From Trichosphaerium sp. ATCC 40318 (taxonomy: Eukaryota; Protista; Tubulinea): a DNA stretch of 64,000 nt. A program made the translations under genes and the position numbers. The DNA lies in NCBI GenBank assembly GCA_038496445.1, contig JALMLS010000450.1, positions 124,001 through 188,000 on the forward strand, in the 5' to 3' direction. Shown piece after piece: positions 1-13,495 of the stretch. How positions within the stretch are numbered: position 1 is the stretch's first letter; the number at the start of each line of letters is the position of its first letter. The notes beneath the pieces were generated by a model. The model did not search any database. It had not been told where the DNA came from and saw only the letters and a list, made by a program, of their open reading frames with translations.

Positions 1-438
1 GTATCAAAGCAATACTCCATTTCGTGCCAGTTTTAATATAAACTGGTTGAATCTTACTTTCGAGCATACCTGTGGCTTGGTTGAGTAAACGTGTTCAATT
101 TTGTACAAGGGAAGTCAAGTCAAAAACCAATCACTTTGCCACTTCTGTCGGTTTATGGGGTCCTTTGAATTCTCGGTTTACTTTGTTCTTGTTAGCAGGC
201 TCGATGTAACAGACAACATACAGAACAAGGGCACAGTTAACTTGCATTCTCTATAGGGAATGAAATTTGGATATTGTTCGTACACTTTCTGTGTACTTCG
301 GTTGATCAATGCGGAGCAGAAAAATGATTTGGTTCAGCTCTTCAGGACTCAAAATCAAGTGGATAATACACAGCAAACGATAACTCAAAGACAATACAGT
401 CACTATTGTTGTAAACACTGCAGAAAGAGAATTTCGAC

Positions 439-3400
439 ATTTGGCATTGTTTGGGTTTTTGTTTTAAATCACGTGACGTAATTTCGCCTTGAATTTTTTT
501 TATAATTCTTCAATACTGGGTGGTTGGATTGAAAAATTGCGTAAATTACTATGTGGGTATCATTGCCCGTTTTTGTTGGGTATTTTTTGGGTAAAGGGAA
601 AATACTGTAGAACTCAATTACTTACCCCGTTCTACCATTTCATACTTTTCCATTTCTTTAGAACGGAAAATGGGTTTTTATCCAGAGCATCTACAATGTG
701 TACTGTAGCTTGTTACCAAATTTTCGCGTTGAGTTTCATAAACGTTTCTTTAGAATGGAAAGTGGGTTTTATCCAGAGCGTCTACAATGTGTACTGTAAT
801 GCGTTGCCAAAATTTCTGTGATTTCACGTGTTTCATAAATGCTGGAACGCCAAATGTCCTCATTTATATCTTGTGTGATCCATTTGTTGGTGCCCTTTAT
901 CCGCTATCATGAAGTGTTTGATAATCCAGAAACCTCCAGAATCTGTGGTTAACGGTTTTTGTGATACTTTGGTTAAATTCACACAAAAGATACGTTTATT
1001 ACAAATTGCTCTCTTCTGCGATGCACCTCATCTACGCTTTCTTTGTTATTTGTATTGTGTCTGCAGCTACAATGAGCTTCTCTGGTCAAGTTGCTGATGT
1101 CTCTTGCGGGTGAGAATCTTTTTTCTATGGTTATCAAATTATTTCTTTAGAAACAATGCTGGTACATGCTCAACACCGCCTCAGTTGTCTCCATTCTATG
1201 GGTTTAACGAACAACACTCAGCCACCTGTGTCAAGTACGATCTCTTTCAATAACACTACAACAAGCCTTACAGAACCTTAGAGGTGATACTGAAGCGAAC
1301 TACGTTACAAAAGACCTCACTGTGTCAACTGGAGGTTTCTATTTCATTTATGGTAAGACGGTGATTTGAAAAAAAACTGTCTTAGTTTTTTCTTTTTTAC
1401 TTTCTGCTATTTAAAAAACGCCATAGTATCTTTATCAACTCGCTTTTGTTTCTTGTTTACTAGATGTTCAGCATCTCTTGGTTCACGTACACGGTTTAAC
1501 TCTTTTTTTTTTAGTTCAAAGTTCTATTCAAATTGAGGCAAATATACACGTGATAATCTACGAAAATGGAAATTGGGATTGTAATTCTCCATGTGATAAT
1601 ATTGTATGGGCTATCACAGGCAATCCCTTAGGCCGTATGAATACCATCAAAAACATGTTCCCCGACTAATATTTGTCTTCTTTAGCCAAAACTACGGTGG
1701 GTACAATATGGATACCAGCCGGAACTCACAAAGTGTTAATAACATACGATACTGATCCTGATGAACCTTATACAGACTACAACGTAAATACTGGAGATGT
1801 AGGATTTCAAGGTATTTTTGTTGTTGAGATGACTCTTTCAGCACAAATGGACGCATTGATAAGCTACAACGCAACCAGCCCAATGAGAGAGTTTGATAAG
1901 GTTTGCAATGGTACAAATGGTACTCCGACTGCTCAATTCAAATGGACTGCTCCAAAGACTTCAGAGTATTCCATTGAGTTTGCAGGTGTAGTAGGAAATT
2001 CGAGGTACATTTAACAACCGGAGAACAATACTTGTTGTAACACTTTTTAGTACTCCTTACCCTACCATAAGCTATGGTACTTTTGATTCTGGTAAGGTGT
2101 ATGTTGCGGCTAGAGCTTTCGCTGTTGAAGGAGATCTTGGTGCCGATTGTGTATGTTTTCAAACTGATGCGTGTGGCACTGCTGTCAACCAGACTTCCTC
2201 TTTTGTACACATTCACGTAATAAGTAGTTTGTGATTAAGTTTTACTTTAGGCGATATCCCGTACAAATCCCACTTTCTCTTTGGAAGAAGGAAAAGAATA
2301 TACTTTTGTAATTGGTGATATTACATCTAATTTTATTAGTGTGCAAGACGGTAAGTTGGATTCAAGGTTGTGTCTTTGAAATTTCTCATTTTGTTTTTTA
2401 GTAATTGCAGGTGTTGTCATGGTAGAAGTACCTCCACCATTTACTGACGAGCCCACTTCATCAACTACAACTGTCCCTCCGTCTGAATATATACCAACTT
2501 GTGATGCCAAAAATAGACTTGGAGACACAGTACGATAGCTGTCTCTTTCTCTTTTTTTGTTTCACGTTTTCTTCTCATTATTTGACTAGCTGTGGCCAAA
2601 ACCACAATTTGTGGGAGGCAGTCAAATAAACAAGTGTGTAGCTACAGAACCGGAATACTGGAATGCATTGGTACGCTTGAAGAAAAATAAATCAAAGTAG
2701 ATATTGGCGTACCTTTTTAACAAAAAAATTCCAATAGAATGTTAACGCAACCACATCAGGATATCGAATCTTTAGAATAGAATACATTTCCAGTTCCCCA
2801 TGTCCAATTCTTAAAACATTCAATACTGTTTTGACATTATACAAAGGAGTCGTTGGCGGAGACGCTTTCGAGTCACGAAACTTCAGGTAAAGAAAACAAC
2901 AAAAAAACACGTTTTAGATATTTCGTATTTTTGGGAACCACAACTAACTTGTTTTATTAGTACATTGCCTCCTGTTTGCAATGCTGACTTTGTTGCAGTT
3001 GCTGAGTTTTCTCAATTGTTTGCATACATTCAACAAGGAGAACCATATACTCTCGTTGTCAGTGGAGACGATACCCAGGAAAATATGGTATTTGAGATTT
3101 CTGTTGTAACAGGGGAACTTACTGGTTGTGTTTCGACTCCAGTTACCCAACCGCCTACTGATCCACCCATTGTTTCGAGTCCAGTTACCCCTACTACTGA
3201 TCCACCCATTGTTTCGAGTCCGCCTCCTACTACTGATCCACCTACACCAACTCCTACGACCGAACCGCCTACTACTGAGCCTCCTGTATCGTCTGAACCT
3301 AGTTCAAGTTCACACATTGTTGTTGTTACTCTTGCGCTTGTAATGTGCCTTGCCACTTTACTGTTGTAAGTAGGGGGTACTTAATTAACACCAAATAAAC
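439..3400. repeat. Left arm of inverted duplication (partner about 8140-10820; related block about 19940-22780)
   Basis: Upstream region, exons and introns recur as reverse complement, e.g. aaatcacgtgacgtaatttcgc at 466 vs gcgaaattacgtcacgtgattt at about 10772 and 22586. Confidence 0.95.
1021..3369 (+). CDS. Predicted GPI-anchored surface protein, copy A (multi-exon)
   Basis: Signal peptide MHLIYAFFVICIVSAATMSFSG at 1021; GT-AG introns join ORFs 1478-1669, 1673-2014 and 2965-3369; Cys-containing beta-rich modules, P/T-rich stalk, hydrophobic end SSSSHIVVVTLALVMCLATLLL with no cytoplasmic tail. Confidence 0.85.
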
Positions 3401-3916
3401 ACAAGCATTGTTTATGTATGAGCTTTGTAAAAGAGTTTTATCAGTTCAATTCTATATTAAGATCCTTCTCATACTCGGGGAGGCAAACTGGTTAATTGGA
3501 TGGTATTCCATATGGAAACGAGTCAGCATCGGCAGCAAGGCATACACGAACAGCAGTTGAATTTTTTGAGTTGTGCTACCTACTTGACAATGAGTCCAGA
3601 AGCGAGTGATCGGTGTGAATACATAGCCAAAGTAGATTTAAGATAGTTTGCACTCGTGTAGCCACGTGGATGGAAGTGCCGTAGGACATCAACAAAATAC
3701 GGTAAGAGAAAGTGTGAGCTTGTCTTCCTACTAAAAAATCTACCTTAGAGGCTTTGGAATATGCGTCTTTCACATGCTTAAACAAGTAGGATACAAACAA
3801 TAAATAGGACACAGCAAATAAACATCAACTGCTTGTTAAATATTTGGACTTTATTTTTTACACTCAGTTTGCAAGTTATCAATACGCTTGGTTGCTGTGA
3901 GTATGTGGTTTTTTGG

Positions 3917-4543
3917 CTATCCAACAACATAATAGCTTCCACGTTCTTTGACTTGACGTTCCTCTGGGATACCATTTGTGTAATTTCTCCATTCTATTAT
4001 ATTACCAACAGAATCCCACCTCTTCAGTTCACCATGAATTTCGCCATTTACATAATTACAGACAATGCAATGACGATGTTTCTTCTTCCACCATTGTTCG
4101 TATTTTCCTTCTTTAAGACCATTCTTATAAGTACACTTAGTACTTAACTGCCCTGACGAGAACCATAGCTTGTAACTTCCATGTCTTTTGCCTTCTACAA
4201 AGGAACATTCCTCCATTATTTTTCCGTTTTTATGTAACTCAATAAAACTGCCATCAAGTACGCCATTCAAGAAATAAGCCTTTTTTATAAGATTACCTTT
4301 ATACCAACAGTAGAACTTTCCAGTTTTTTGAAGTGAGTTATTATATCTTGATGTTGTCGCTGTATATCTATTTAATAGTGGCCATACTATATAGCATTGT
4401 TTGTTGAACACTGTAATCATGTAATGAAGCTCAACGGGCAAGTCAAGGATGGTTAGTTTTTCTTCATCTTTTGAGTATGTTTTCTCCTCTGAGGATGTTA
4501 TAAAGGTTAAGTTATTAATGTTGTCATTTGATTTGTTGTTCAT
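3917..4543 (-). CDS. Intronless F-box-like + MORN-variant (MORN_2/YwqK-like) repeat protein
   Basis: TILDLPVELHYMI (F-box-like) then repeats NGVLDGSFIELHKNGK / EGKRHGSYKLWFSSGQ / NGLKEGKYEQWW / NGEIHGELKRWDSVGN; likely ATG at 4543. Confidence 0.8.
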   Translation of the reverse strand: MNNKSNDNINNLTFITSSEEKTYSKDEEKLTILDLPVELHYMITVFNKQCYIVWPLLNRYTATTSRYNNSLQKTGKFYCWYKGNLIKKAYFLNGVLDGSFIELHKNGKIMEECSFVEGKRHGSYKLWFSSGQLSTKCTYKNGLKEGKYEQWWKKKHRHCIVCNYVNGEIHGELKRWDSVGNIIEWRNYTNGIPEERQVKERGSYYVVG

Positions 4544-4881
4544 ATTGACAATGAAAGATATTCTAAAGAAAAAAGTCACGGCTTAACTCAACTTGAGAAT
4601 AAAACCAGAAAATAATTATCAAGAAAAGACGAGTGGCAAATCATACGCGCTCGCGTAAAGTACATCTATCGCTAGGAAAAAATAGCGTAAGTTACATTAA
4701 CCTTACTTCCTTTTCTATTTTGTAGGTGGTTGCTTGTAAATTTACAAAGTGAAGGTGTTTGACACTCAAACGGCGAAGGGTGAAGATTTAGAGTATGTAA
4801 TGACGATCAAAATTGGATACGTATTTTACCCACATTAATTTTTTCTAGCCAATTGATATGCTTATAATTAGTAAGCTGTAG

Positions 4882-7625
4882 TCAACGTTGCTTTGGTATA
4901 ACAACAAATGGATCTGTATAGTTTTGCCAAGTAAAATAAGAAAACGGATATTTTACCATCATAAAATCATCTAAATAATTAGTGGTGATAGTCAGTTTTA
5001 ATACTGTAAGGGTACGAAAGTTGGATATGGAAACTAACCTATTTATTAAGTACAGAGCGTTACAAATACGCAAGTTAGGTTTTAACCAGAAACAGCATAG
5101 TTTTATTACTTTTCAATCTAGTTATGTGATTTAAAAATCTTCTCTATATTTATACTTTTTTTCAGGAACAAAGAATAGAGGTAGTACAACTGCAAGAAGA
5201 ACAGCTCCAAATCCAAAATACATGGGTGTGTATGAGTGAGCAGAAGCATGTACTGCACTAACAATAGGAGGCGTAGCTACACTTGAAATACCAGCACCCT
5301 AAAAGATAAAATCAAAAAAATAAATTTCTCTTTTTTTTCTTTCTTTTTTTTTTCCGTACCAAAAGGACCCACGCGAAGTATATACCAAAATTCTTGTTAC
5401 CATATATCTGTGCAATGATCAAAGGAAATATTGTAACATAAACGCCAAACCCAGCACCTATAGGAACCTGTTAATTAAAAGAATTCGAAAAAATTGTTTC
5501 GTTTTGAGTAAGCCAAACATGGTTATGTATATGCGTACCATTTAATCCAAGAAGTACACCAAATAATGCAGTAGTAAATTTGTGTCGAAGTGTATTCAAA
5601 ACACCAAGTACAATGTAATTAACGCCAAAAATAAGAAGAGTAATCATTGAAAAATATTTGAATTTCAAGTAACCTCTACGGTCAAGAAAGTCGCTCACTA
5701 TGGCTGCTGTAAATCCAGAAGCAGCATTGGAGAACGAGAAAATGTTCTAAATAGATATCATAAGATGCTAGCAAACATAACCATTTGCAGTTTTCCCCGT
5801 GAAAAGTAGAAACAAAACAAACAAACAAATCGATATGATTTTCTTCTTCAATTTAAGGTGGTTTAAAGACTCCACGTGAGCCAAAATAAAGCGGGATAAA
5901 TGCCAAAGTTGCTTTCTCCGCATGTAATGTGGAGTGAATGTATTTGATTAATTGGTTTATCTTAGATTTTGAGCACGTGGGTAGAGGTTTTTTCAGAAAA
6001 TAAGAAAAAAGCAACCAAAGACAAAAAAAAAACCAAACTACAATCGTACCAAAAGAAGACCATCACTCCATTTATCATCGTTTGTATTCCCTTTATACTC
6101 AAACCACATTTGATCCGCAGAACCAAGTACAAGAACACAAGAACCAATAGCACAAGCATATGACACAAACAAAGGATAAAAATACCAGTGCTCAAAGATA
6201 GCAAACCCAAAACGTTTGAAGTATGATTGCTTTGGTTGTTTTTCTTTTGGAATAAGCGATTGCGCTTCTTGTCTTCTGGCGTAGTAAGCATCACGAAACT
6301 GAACAAAATTCATTAGTCACGTGATAAATTTTCCGAAAAAATGTGATGAGTACTAACCTGATTCCAAGCAAGACCTGATACGCCAGCAGTGTAAAAGACT
6401 ACGCAAACCAAACTCCATAGTCTTTTGAAGAAAAACAATTAGTTTTGTAGAAGAGCCAGGTTTATATTTTGTTCAGTGCTTCTTACCTCATGTAATTCCT
6501 CCAACATGAATGCTCAGTACATCCAGAAGAGTGTTTATATATGTTTGTTAAAAATACAGTGAATGACAGTGATAAAGACATGCAAACAGACCTACGGTAG
6601 AGTGAGTATTTGTAGTATGACATACGCTTTTTTTAAAAGTAGCAAATATATGGGCACAAAACTCCAACTTTCGTAAGTCTTGCAAGGAAGCGGAATAGGT
6701 TGATTAATTTAAAGAGAAAAAAACATGAAATTAAGTGATTGGTTTCGAAACAAGCCAAGAACTGATGGTTTTGAAAAAAAAAATAAATCGTACACAAGTG
6801 CCACTCCTGGACCTCCACCGTTTGATATCTTAATAACTGTTGCAAAAGCAGATAGAAAAGTCATACCTACAAGCGATATATTAACAACATAATCCGCTAA
6901 AATTACCCGAGTAACGTGCCTTGGCCAATACCAACAAAAGTGTAAACAAATACCATTAGCCCAAATAATTCTCTTGTACAAAAAGAAGCGGCCTGAAAAC
7001 CGCCAATAGTAAACAAGGCACCGATGAATAATGCACCAAGTGATCCTAGGTTATCATATACTATTCTAGTATTGTATTAAAGTCAAAAAGAAACGAAACA
7101 AGACAGAAACAAGCGAGAAAATGAATGTAACATTTCTCATTTCGTGAAAATTTTTCCAAAATAAAACAGCTTTAAAACGCTTTTGTACCCTCCTACAAAT
7201 GTAAATTGCATTCCTACCAGTCCAAACGCAACCAATAAGCTTAATTCTGTCCCTTTAGGGTTGAATCCAAAATCGTGGGCAATGTCAGTGCTGATGACAT
7301 TTGTTCCGTATACGGCTGAGCTATAAAGACGTAATTAGAGCGTTTAACCGGTATTTCTCACTACGAATTTATCAAATGTTACCTAACAAGTGTAACCATA
7401 GCACCGCTTACTACAACAAAGATCTAACGATAATAGGCATATTATTCAGGCGAATAAGTAAATTGGATTGCCTACTTGTTGTAAAATTGACAGCGGCGGC
7501 GTCTTTGAAACGCTCTTGTCTGTCGAAATACTATCAATGTCATTGACGCTACTGTAACGTTAATAAATTTATTCTTCGCCTACAACGCACTTAATGAGCC
7601 CGTCATCCTTTTGAATGTCTTCCAT
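4882..7625 (-). CDS. Major facilitator superfamily transporter (nodulin-like/OFA type), multi-exon
   Basis: Starts MEDIQKDDGLI; many hydrophobic exons (IFVVVSGAMVTLV, AVYGTNVISTDIAHDFGF, LYDNLGSLGALFIGALFTIGG, FYPLFVSYACAIGSCVLVL); ends DPFVVIPKQR*. Confidence 0.75.
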
Positions 7626-8160
7626 ACTCCCTTGGGTATATTTACCAGACCAAAATGGGAGCAAGAAAAGTGTTTGTAGTTTGTCAACTCCAAAAACAAG
7701 GTGTTGGTTGGCTTAAAGTTGGCAAATTTAAGGCTTGAGTCGCATGCTTTTTTGGTACTTTTACTTAATTTATTTTGTGCCTACTTGGTGTATATGTGAA
7801 CTAGCGCTTGAATATGTCATCACTAATTACAGTTTTCACAAGTACGAATTCGTCACGTTTTCAGTGTAACGCCTAATTTTATGCAAATTTCTTGAAGATT
7901 CAAGAAGTTTCCAACGATTCCATTTGCTCTTTCATCCACGTGACAACATGAAGCAACTAACAAAAGGCGGCCCACATCCTCTAATTTTACTAGTTAGACG
8001 ACATGCACATGCTCTAATTTTCTGATTTTAGACGATTGGCAGCGTACTTTACAGTCACGTGTTTTGGAAAACATAAAATATTACCATTCTGTTAATAGTA
8101 ATTTAAACGTAAAACAGCAAAAGATACTAATCAACAATGTTTGTGTTTATTTGTTGATGC

Positions 8161-10359
8161 TTACAACAGTAAAGTGGCAAGACACATTACAAGCGCAAGA
8201 GTAACAACAACAATGTGTGAACTTGAACTAGGCTCGGAGGGTACAGGAGGCTCAGTAGTAGGTGGAGGAGTTGGTACAATGTCACTAGGAGGGGCTGTAG
8301 TTGGTACAAAGACACTGGGAGGATCTGAAGTTGGAGGAGGAGTAACTGGATCTGGAAAACAACCAGTAGGTTCCCCTGTTACTACAGTAAGTGCAAATAC
8401 CATATTTTCCAAACTGTTGGTTGTATTAGATCCACTGATAACAAGAGTATGTGATTCTCCTTGCGGAATGTATACGGCCAAGTCAGAATTCTGAGTATTT
8501 GCAACAAAGTCAGCGCCAGCACTGGCGCAATCAGGAGGCAATGTACTAATAATACAAGTTAGTTGTGGTTTCCCAAAAATACAAAAATGTTTTGTTTTTG
8601 TTATCTTTACCTGAAGTCTCGCGACTCAAAAGCATCTCCACCAACATCTCCTTTGTATAATGTCATCACTCGGTTTAGTAAAAGTGGACATAGTCTCGAG
8701 AAGGCAAGTAATGGTAAGCTGAAGATTCGATATCCGGATGTGGAAACATCAACTTTCTATTTGTGTTTTTTGTTAAAATGTGGCCAATATCTAAATCGAT
8801 TTATTCTTTAAGCGTACCAATGCATTCCAGTTTACCATATATCCATCTGTACACTTGTTTAATTGACTGTCTTCCACAGATTGTGGTTTTGGCCACAGCT
8901 AGTCAAAAATTAGAAGAAAACATGAAAAAAATGGGAAAGAACGCTATCGTACTGTGTCTCCAAGTCTACTTTTGGCATCACAAAGTTGTTCAACTGGTGG
9001 AGCAGATGTAGTTGGTGGAGTGGGCTCGTAAGTAACTGGTGGAGGTATTTCTACCATGACAACACCTGCAATTACTAAAACAACAAAATAAGGTTTTTCG
9101 AATACTTGCAAACTTTGTTTACAACTTACCGTCTTGCACGTCAACACGAGTAATATCACCAATTACAAAAGTATATTCTATACCTCCTTCCAAAGAGAAA
9201 ACGGGATCCGCACGGTATGGGTCCTAAAATTAGAAATCAACCTACTGTTGTATTGAGTAATCTAAGTGAAACCGTACAAAAGTTGTTTGGTTGACAGCAA
9301 TGCCACAGTCATCAGTTTCAAAACATACACAATTGTCTCCAAGATCTCCTTCAACAGCGAAAGCGCTTTCCCCAATAAACGCAAGTCTCTTCTCATTTGC
9401 ACCAAATATACCATAGCTTACAGTAGGGAATGGAGTACTAAAGTAAATATGTTACCAAACAAACCAATGGATGAAACGTGCCTCGAATTACTGTATCCTA
9501 CTACACCTACAAACTCAATGAAATACCTTGAAGTCTTTGGAGCAGTCCATTTGAATTGAGCAGTCGGAGTGGTCGTATTAGTAGAGTTACAAGATACATC
9601 AAACTCTCTCATTGGGCTGGTTGCGTTGTAGCTTATCAATGCGTCCATTTGTGCTGTAGGAACTATCTCAACAACAAAAATACCTTGAAATCCTACATCT
9701 CCAGTAGTTGTGTTGTAGTCTGTATAAGGTTCATCAGGATCAGTATCGTATGTTATTAACACTTTGTGAGTTCCGGCTGGTATCCATATTGTACCCCGCG
9801 TGTCAGCTATAGAAAAGACAATTATTATTTGGAGCTTGTTTTGATATTACGCGTACCCTTATACAAGGAAGTGCCTCTGATACCCCATACAATATTATCA
9901 CATGGAGAATTACAATCCCAATTTCCATTTTCGTAGATTATCACGTGTATATTTGGATGAATTTGACGAGAACTGAGTGCTACCAACAAAACAAATTAAA
10001 TTCACTGCGCTTTAATTAAATCCATACCAGCAATATAGTAGAAACCTGCAGTTGACACAGTGAGGTCTTTTGTAACATAGTTCGCTTCAGTATCACCTCT
10101 AAGGTTCTGTAAGGCTTGTTGTAGTGTAATTGAAAGAGATCGTACTTAGCACAAGTTGCTGAGTTTTGTAGTCCAGAATTTGTTTCCACAGACAACTGAG
10201 GCGGTGTTGAGCATGTACCAGCATTGTTTCTAAAGAAATAATTAGATAACCATAGAAAAAAGATTCTCACCCGCAAGAGACATCAGCAACTTGACCAGAG
10301 AACCTTATTGTAGCTGCAGACACAATACAAATAACAAAGAAAGCGTAGATGAGGTGCAT
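8161..10359 (-). CDS. GPI-anchored surface protein, copy B
   Basis: Near-identical signal peptide, same exon structure and GPI-type C-terminus as copy A; ORFs 9418-9762 and 8161-8541. Confidence 0.85.
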
Positions 10360-11199
10360 CGCAGAAGAGAGCAATTTGTAATAAACGTATCTTTTGTGTG
10401 CATAAACATTCACAAATACCGTTAACCGATTCTGGAGGCTTTTGAATTATCAACACTTTGTAATAACTGATAAAACAGCGTCAACAAATGGATCACACAA
10501 GATATCAATGAGGACATTTGGCGTTCCAGCATTTATGAAACTCAACGCGAAAATTTGGTAACAAGTTACAGTATCCATTGTAGACGCTCTGGATAAAACC
10601 CATTTTCCGTTCTAAAGAAACGGAAAAGTTGAAATGTGGTTAAGTAATTGTTCTTACCCCTTTACCCAAACAATACCCAACAAAACTTACAGCGGACAAT
10701 GATACCCACATAGTAATTTACGCAATTTTTCAATCCAACCCAGTATTGTAGAATTTCAAAAAAAATTCAACGCGAAATTACGTCACGTGATTTAAAACAA
10801 ACACCCAAACTATGCCAAATGGTTTACTAAATACACTACAGGCACTGTTTTATAAACAGTTGGTAGCTACTTGCTTTATAAGCCAAGGTTTCGCGTAATC
10901 ACTGTTGATGGTGAGAGAGCGTAGGTAGATTGTAACTAGTCTTTGCCTTTTAGCGACTTAGCTCTATCCGGCTTTTGACAACCTAACTTCCTCGGCGAAC
11001 TGACGTTAATAACGCATGTGGAAACATATATTTTCTATTTGTGTTTTTTGTTAAACTGTGGCCTATCTAAATCGATTTAGTCTTTGTCGGAGCATAAGCT
11101 TAATTTAGCAGATAGTTGCGTAAAAAAGGGTACTAAATACAACTCTTTTTTTGAGTGCTTTTGTTGGTTACTGACGTTCTTTGATTCAAATAGGCAAAG

Positions 11200-12665
11200 C
11201 TATGCTTGAACCTACATATGGCGTACCAATAATTAGGTACGGTGTCGCGACAAGAACGAATGTAGAGTTGTACTCGTGCTGATGTTTTTTTGTAGATCTA
11301 CTATTGGCGATGAATGTGTTTAGAATTATTTCTTCAAACATAAATACATATGTCTCACCAGAGAGTGATTTAAACTTGAGGCAGCTGTACCTGCGCTTAA
11401 TGCAATGGTATGGGGGTTTTTAAAAACCACGTGCTACGCCAGAATGGCCATCGTTTTTTGAAAGATCTTTTTCTTCTTCTTTAGTGAAGTTTAACGCTCT
11501 TACATGCTCGGTGCCTTGACGCTAATGAATGATACTGAAAGGTATAGAATATCACAAACCTACAACGAAACTCTTGGAAAAGGAAAACTCACCGAAAAAT
11601 TAGTGCGGATGGCTCAAAATACGAAGCTATACCAGAAGGCGAAGAAGAGCCTATAGATAACTACGATGACCTTGACCTTGAAAAATAACTTGAAGAGTCA
11701 ATAACGAGAAGAAAAGACAGGCTGAGACATTAAAGATAAGGCTTAACAAGCTGTCTGGTGTTAACTGGACATCAGAACTCGAAAGACAACTTCTCGCAGA
11801 ATGGAAAGAGTACATTCTTTTTTTTTTCTCTTCTGTTTCATCTCATTGGCTGTTTTAGCTCAAAGGTTGACAATGAAGAAGATACCTTGTATATGATTAT
11901 TGCTGCATCATTCTTAGAGCAACTTCCTAATATTAGTGAAGGTCATGTCTTCAGGAAACTTCAAGAATTGGGTAACATACCAAAGGTAAGCACATATTTT
12001 TTTGTTAGTACTAGAGACTTCTTCTTACGATTTTTAAGGATGCATATATTCCTGATAGTGTTAGAGACCAGCTAGAATATATTGACGCGCAAGAGAGGAA
12101 AGTTCGAAAGGCTATGGAATTCTCAAGAGGCACGATAAAAATTATTGCCTGTTTTTTCTTGTTTTTAGTTCCAGTCGTTACGTATACTGCTAGGCATCCT
12201 CATCACGACGTTCAAGAAAATATAATAGTAAGAAGCGTAGCAGAGAGTCTCCACTTGATACACGCGGAGATATTGATATGGAAGATGAGGTATGTAGTAT
12301 TTCTTTCAAGCTTGTCTTTTTGCAAAAAGTGACTTAACTTTTTTTTGTTTCAGGAATCTGAAGGAGAAGCACGAAAAGCAATCTCTGATAAACTTCGTAA
12401 AACACATCAAAATATAGAGCGTGGACCAATTATTGTTCAACCTACAGAAGTTGAATCATCAGGGTACGATACAAATGCCAAAAAACCAAACATTAAAGTA
12501 AATACTAAAACGCAACGCAAACGAAACGATGGTTCTTCTGAGCCACAGAGAAACAAACGTAGGTTGCTGCGTAAGAGCATAGATGAATCAAACGCTAAGA
12601 ATGATGACTCTGATGATGAAGACATGCTAGGTGACTTAGATGCTATGCTTGATGATCACGGTTAG
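11200..12665 (+). pseudogene. Probably disrupted, 5'-truncated gene with acidic/basic C-terminus (possibly Timeless-like)
   Basis: Exon-like frames (LAMNVFRIISSNINTY, VNWTSELERQLLAEWK, ISEGHVFRKLQELG, DDSDDEDMLGDL) are interrupted by in-frame TAA (EV*RS, EK*LEES) and frame changes. Confidence 0.45.
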
Positions 12666-12773
12666 TTTTGGTTCTTTTTCTCTTGGAGTTTTGCATTGGT
12701 TGTCTCCTACTAAAACAACACCTGTATTTTATTCGAAAATGAATCTAGTCCCAACAAGTAGTATTTATTTGCA

Positions 12774-13495
12774 TTAAAGTACACATGGAGCATGATTGGA
12801 TGTACAACTATTGCCAGCGTTTTTGATGGTACTACTACAACAGTCGCCAGAACCTCCAGGGCGCTGGCTACAGCCAGTACCTCCACATGAGCCGCATGTT
12901 GATGGACAGCATACGTCATTAGCAGGATTGATTAGGCCTTGAGAGCATGTTGAATCGGCATAAGCACTATTCAATTTGGCTGAAATGTTCCAAGCTGCTT
13001 TGCCCCACGATGTCTTTTTGTTAAATCTAGCACCAGTACAGTCACCGTTGCCATTACCATCAATCCAGAACTTAGTTCCTGTGGCGCTTGGATAACCTCT
13101 GCTACCAATTTGGCACTCATCTTCGTAATCGTAGAACAAGTCACGGTCATTACCATACCTGTACGTCATCGTTAGTCAATGGTGTTTGCTACTTTAAAAC
13201 TCAAAGAAAAGAATAATAGGTACCATCTCATCTCCTGGATTTGAACACCGTCGCCTGTACACTTCTCGTCCGTGAATCCAATATACCTGTTACCGGAATA
13301 CCCTGTAGAAACTGGAGTACAGCAATAGGACGTGTATGTGTTTGTCGGAGTGAAAGAGCAACATTTACCAGAGTAGCACATAGTTATAGAGCACGCTGTT
13401 CCTGAGTCTCTTGTTCTTATACCGAACTCTCCACTGCTGCATACGCAATAGATAGAAGGAACGAGAATAAGGAGCAATAATAGAGCTATTTTCAT
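12774..13495 (-). CDS. Small secreted Cys-rich protein, two exons
   Basis: Signal peptide MKIALLLLLILVPSIYC; intron about 13171-13221; C-terminal module DVCCPSTCGSCGGTGCSQRPGGSGDCC...APCVL. Confidence 0.85.

Noticed and set aside
1-450. Possible exons of a minus-strand gene at the window start
   Set aside because: Splice-like signals are present but I could not build a consistent frame
470-475. TCACGTG as a yeast-like point-centromere CDEI
   Set aside because: Dozens of dispersed sites and no CDEII/CDEIII arrangement
489-1097. ORFs in the repeated upstream block
   Set aside because: Frames are not conserved among the copies; the true ATG is at 1021
3140-3290. Short tandem repeats as a CRISPR-like array
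   Set aside because: In-frame Pro/Thr stalk repeats without unique spacers; eukaryotic context
3030-3356. Antisense G/V-rich ORFs (also 8141-8494, 15081-15314, 19992-20201, 29991-30455)
   Set aside because: Mirror frames of P/T stalks or coiled coils on the coding strand
11480-11750. In-frame TAA codons suggesting stop-codon reassignment
   Set aside because: eIF3g, both Ras genes and the lysozyme end in TAA, and other apparent stops fall in introns; local decay explains these
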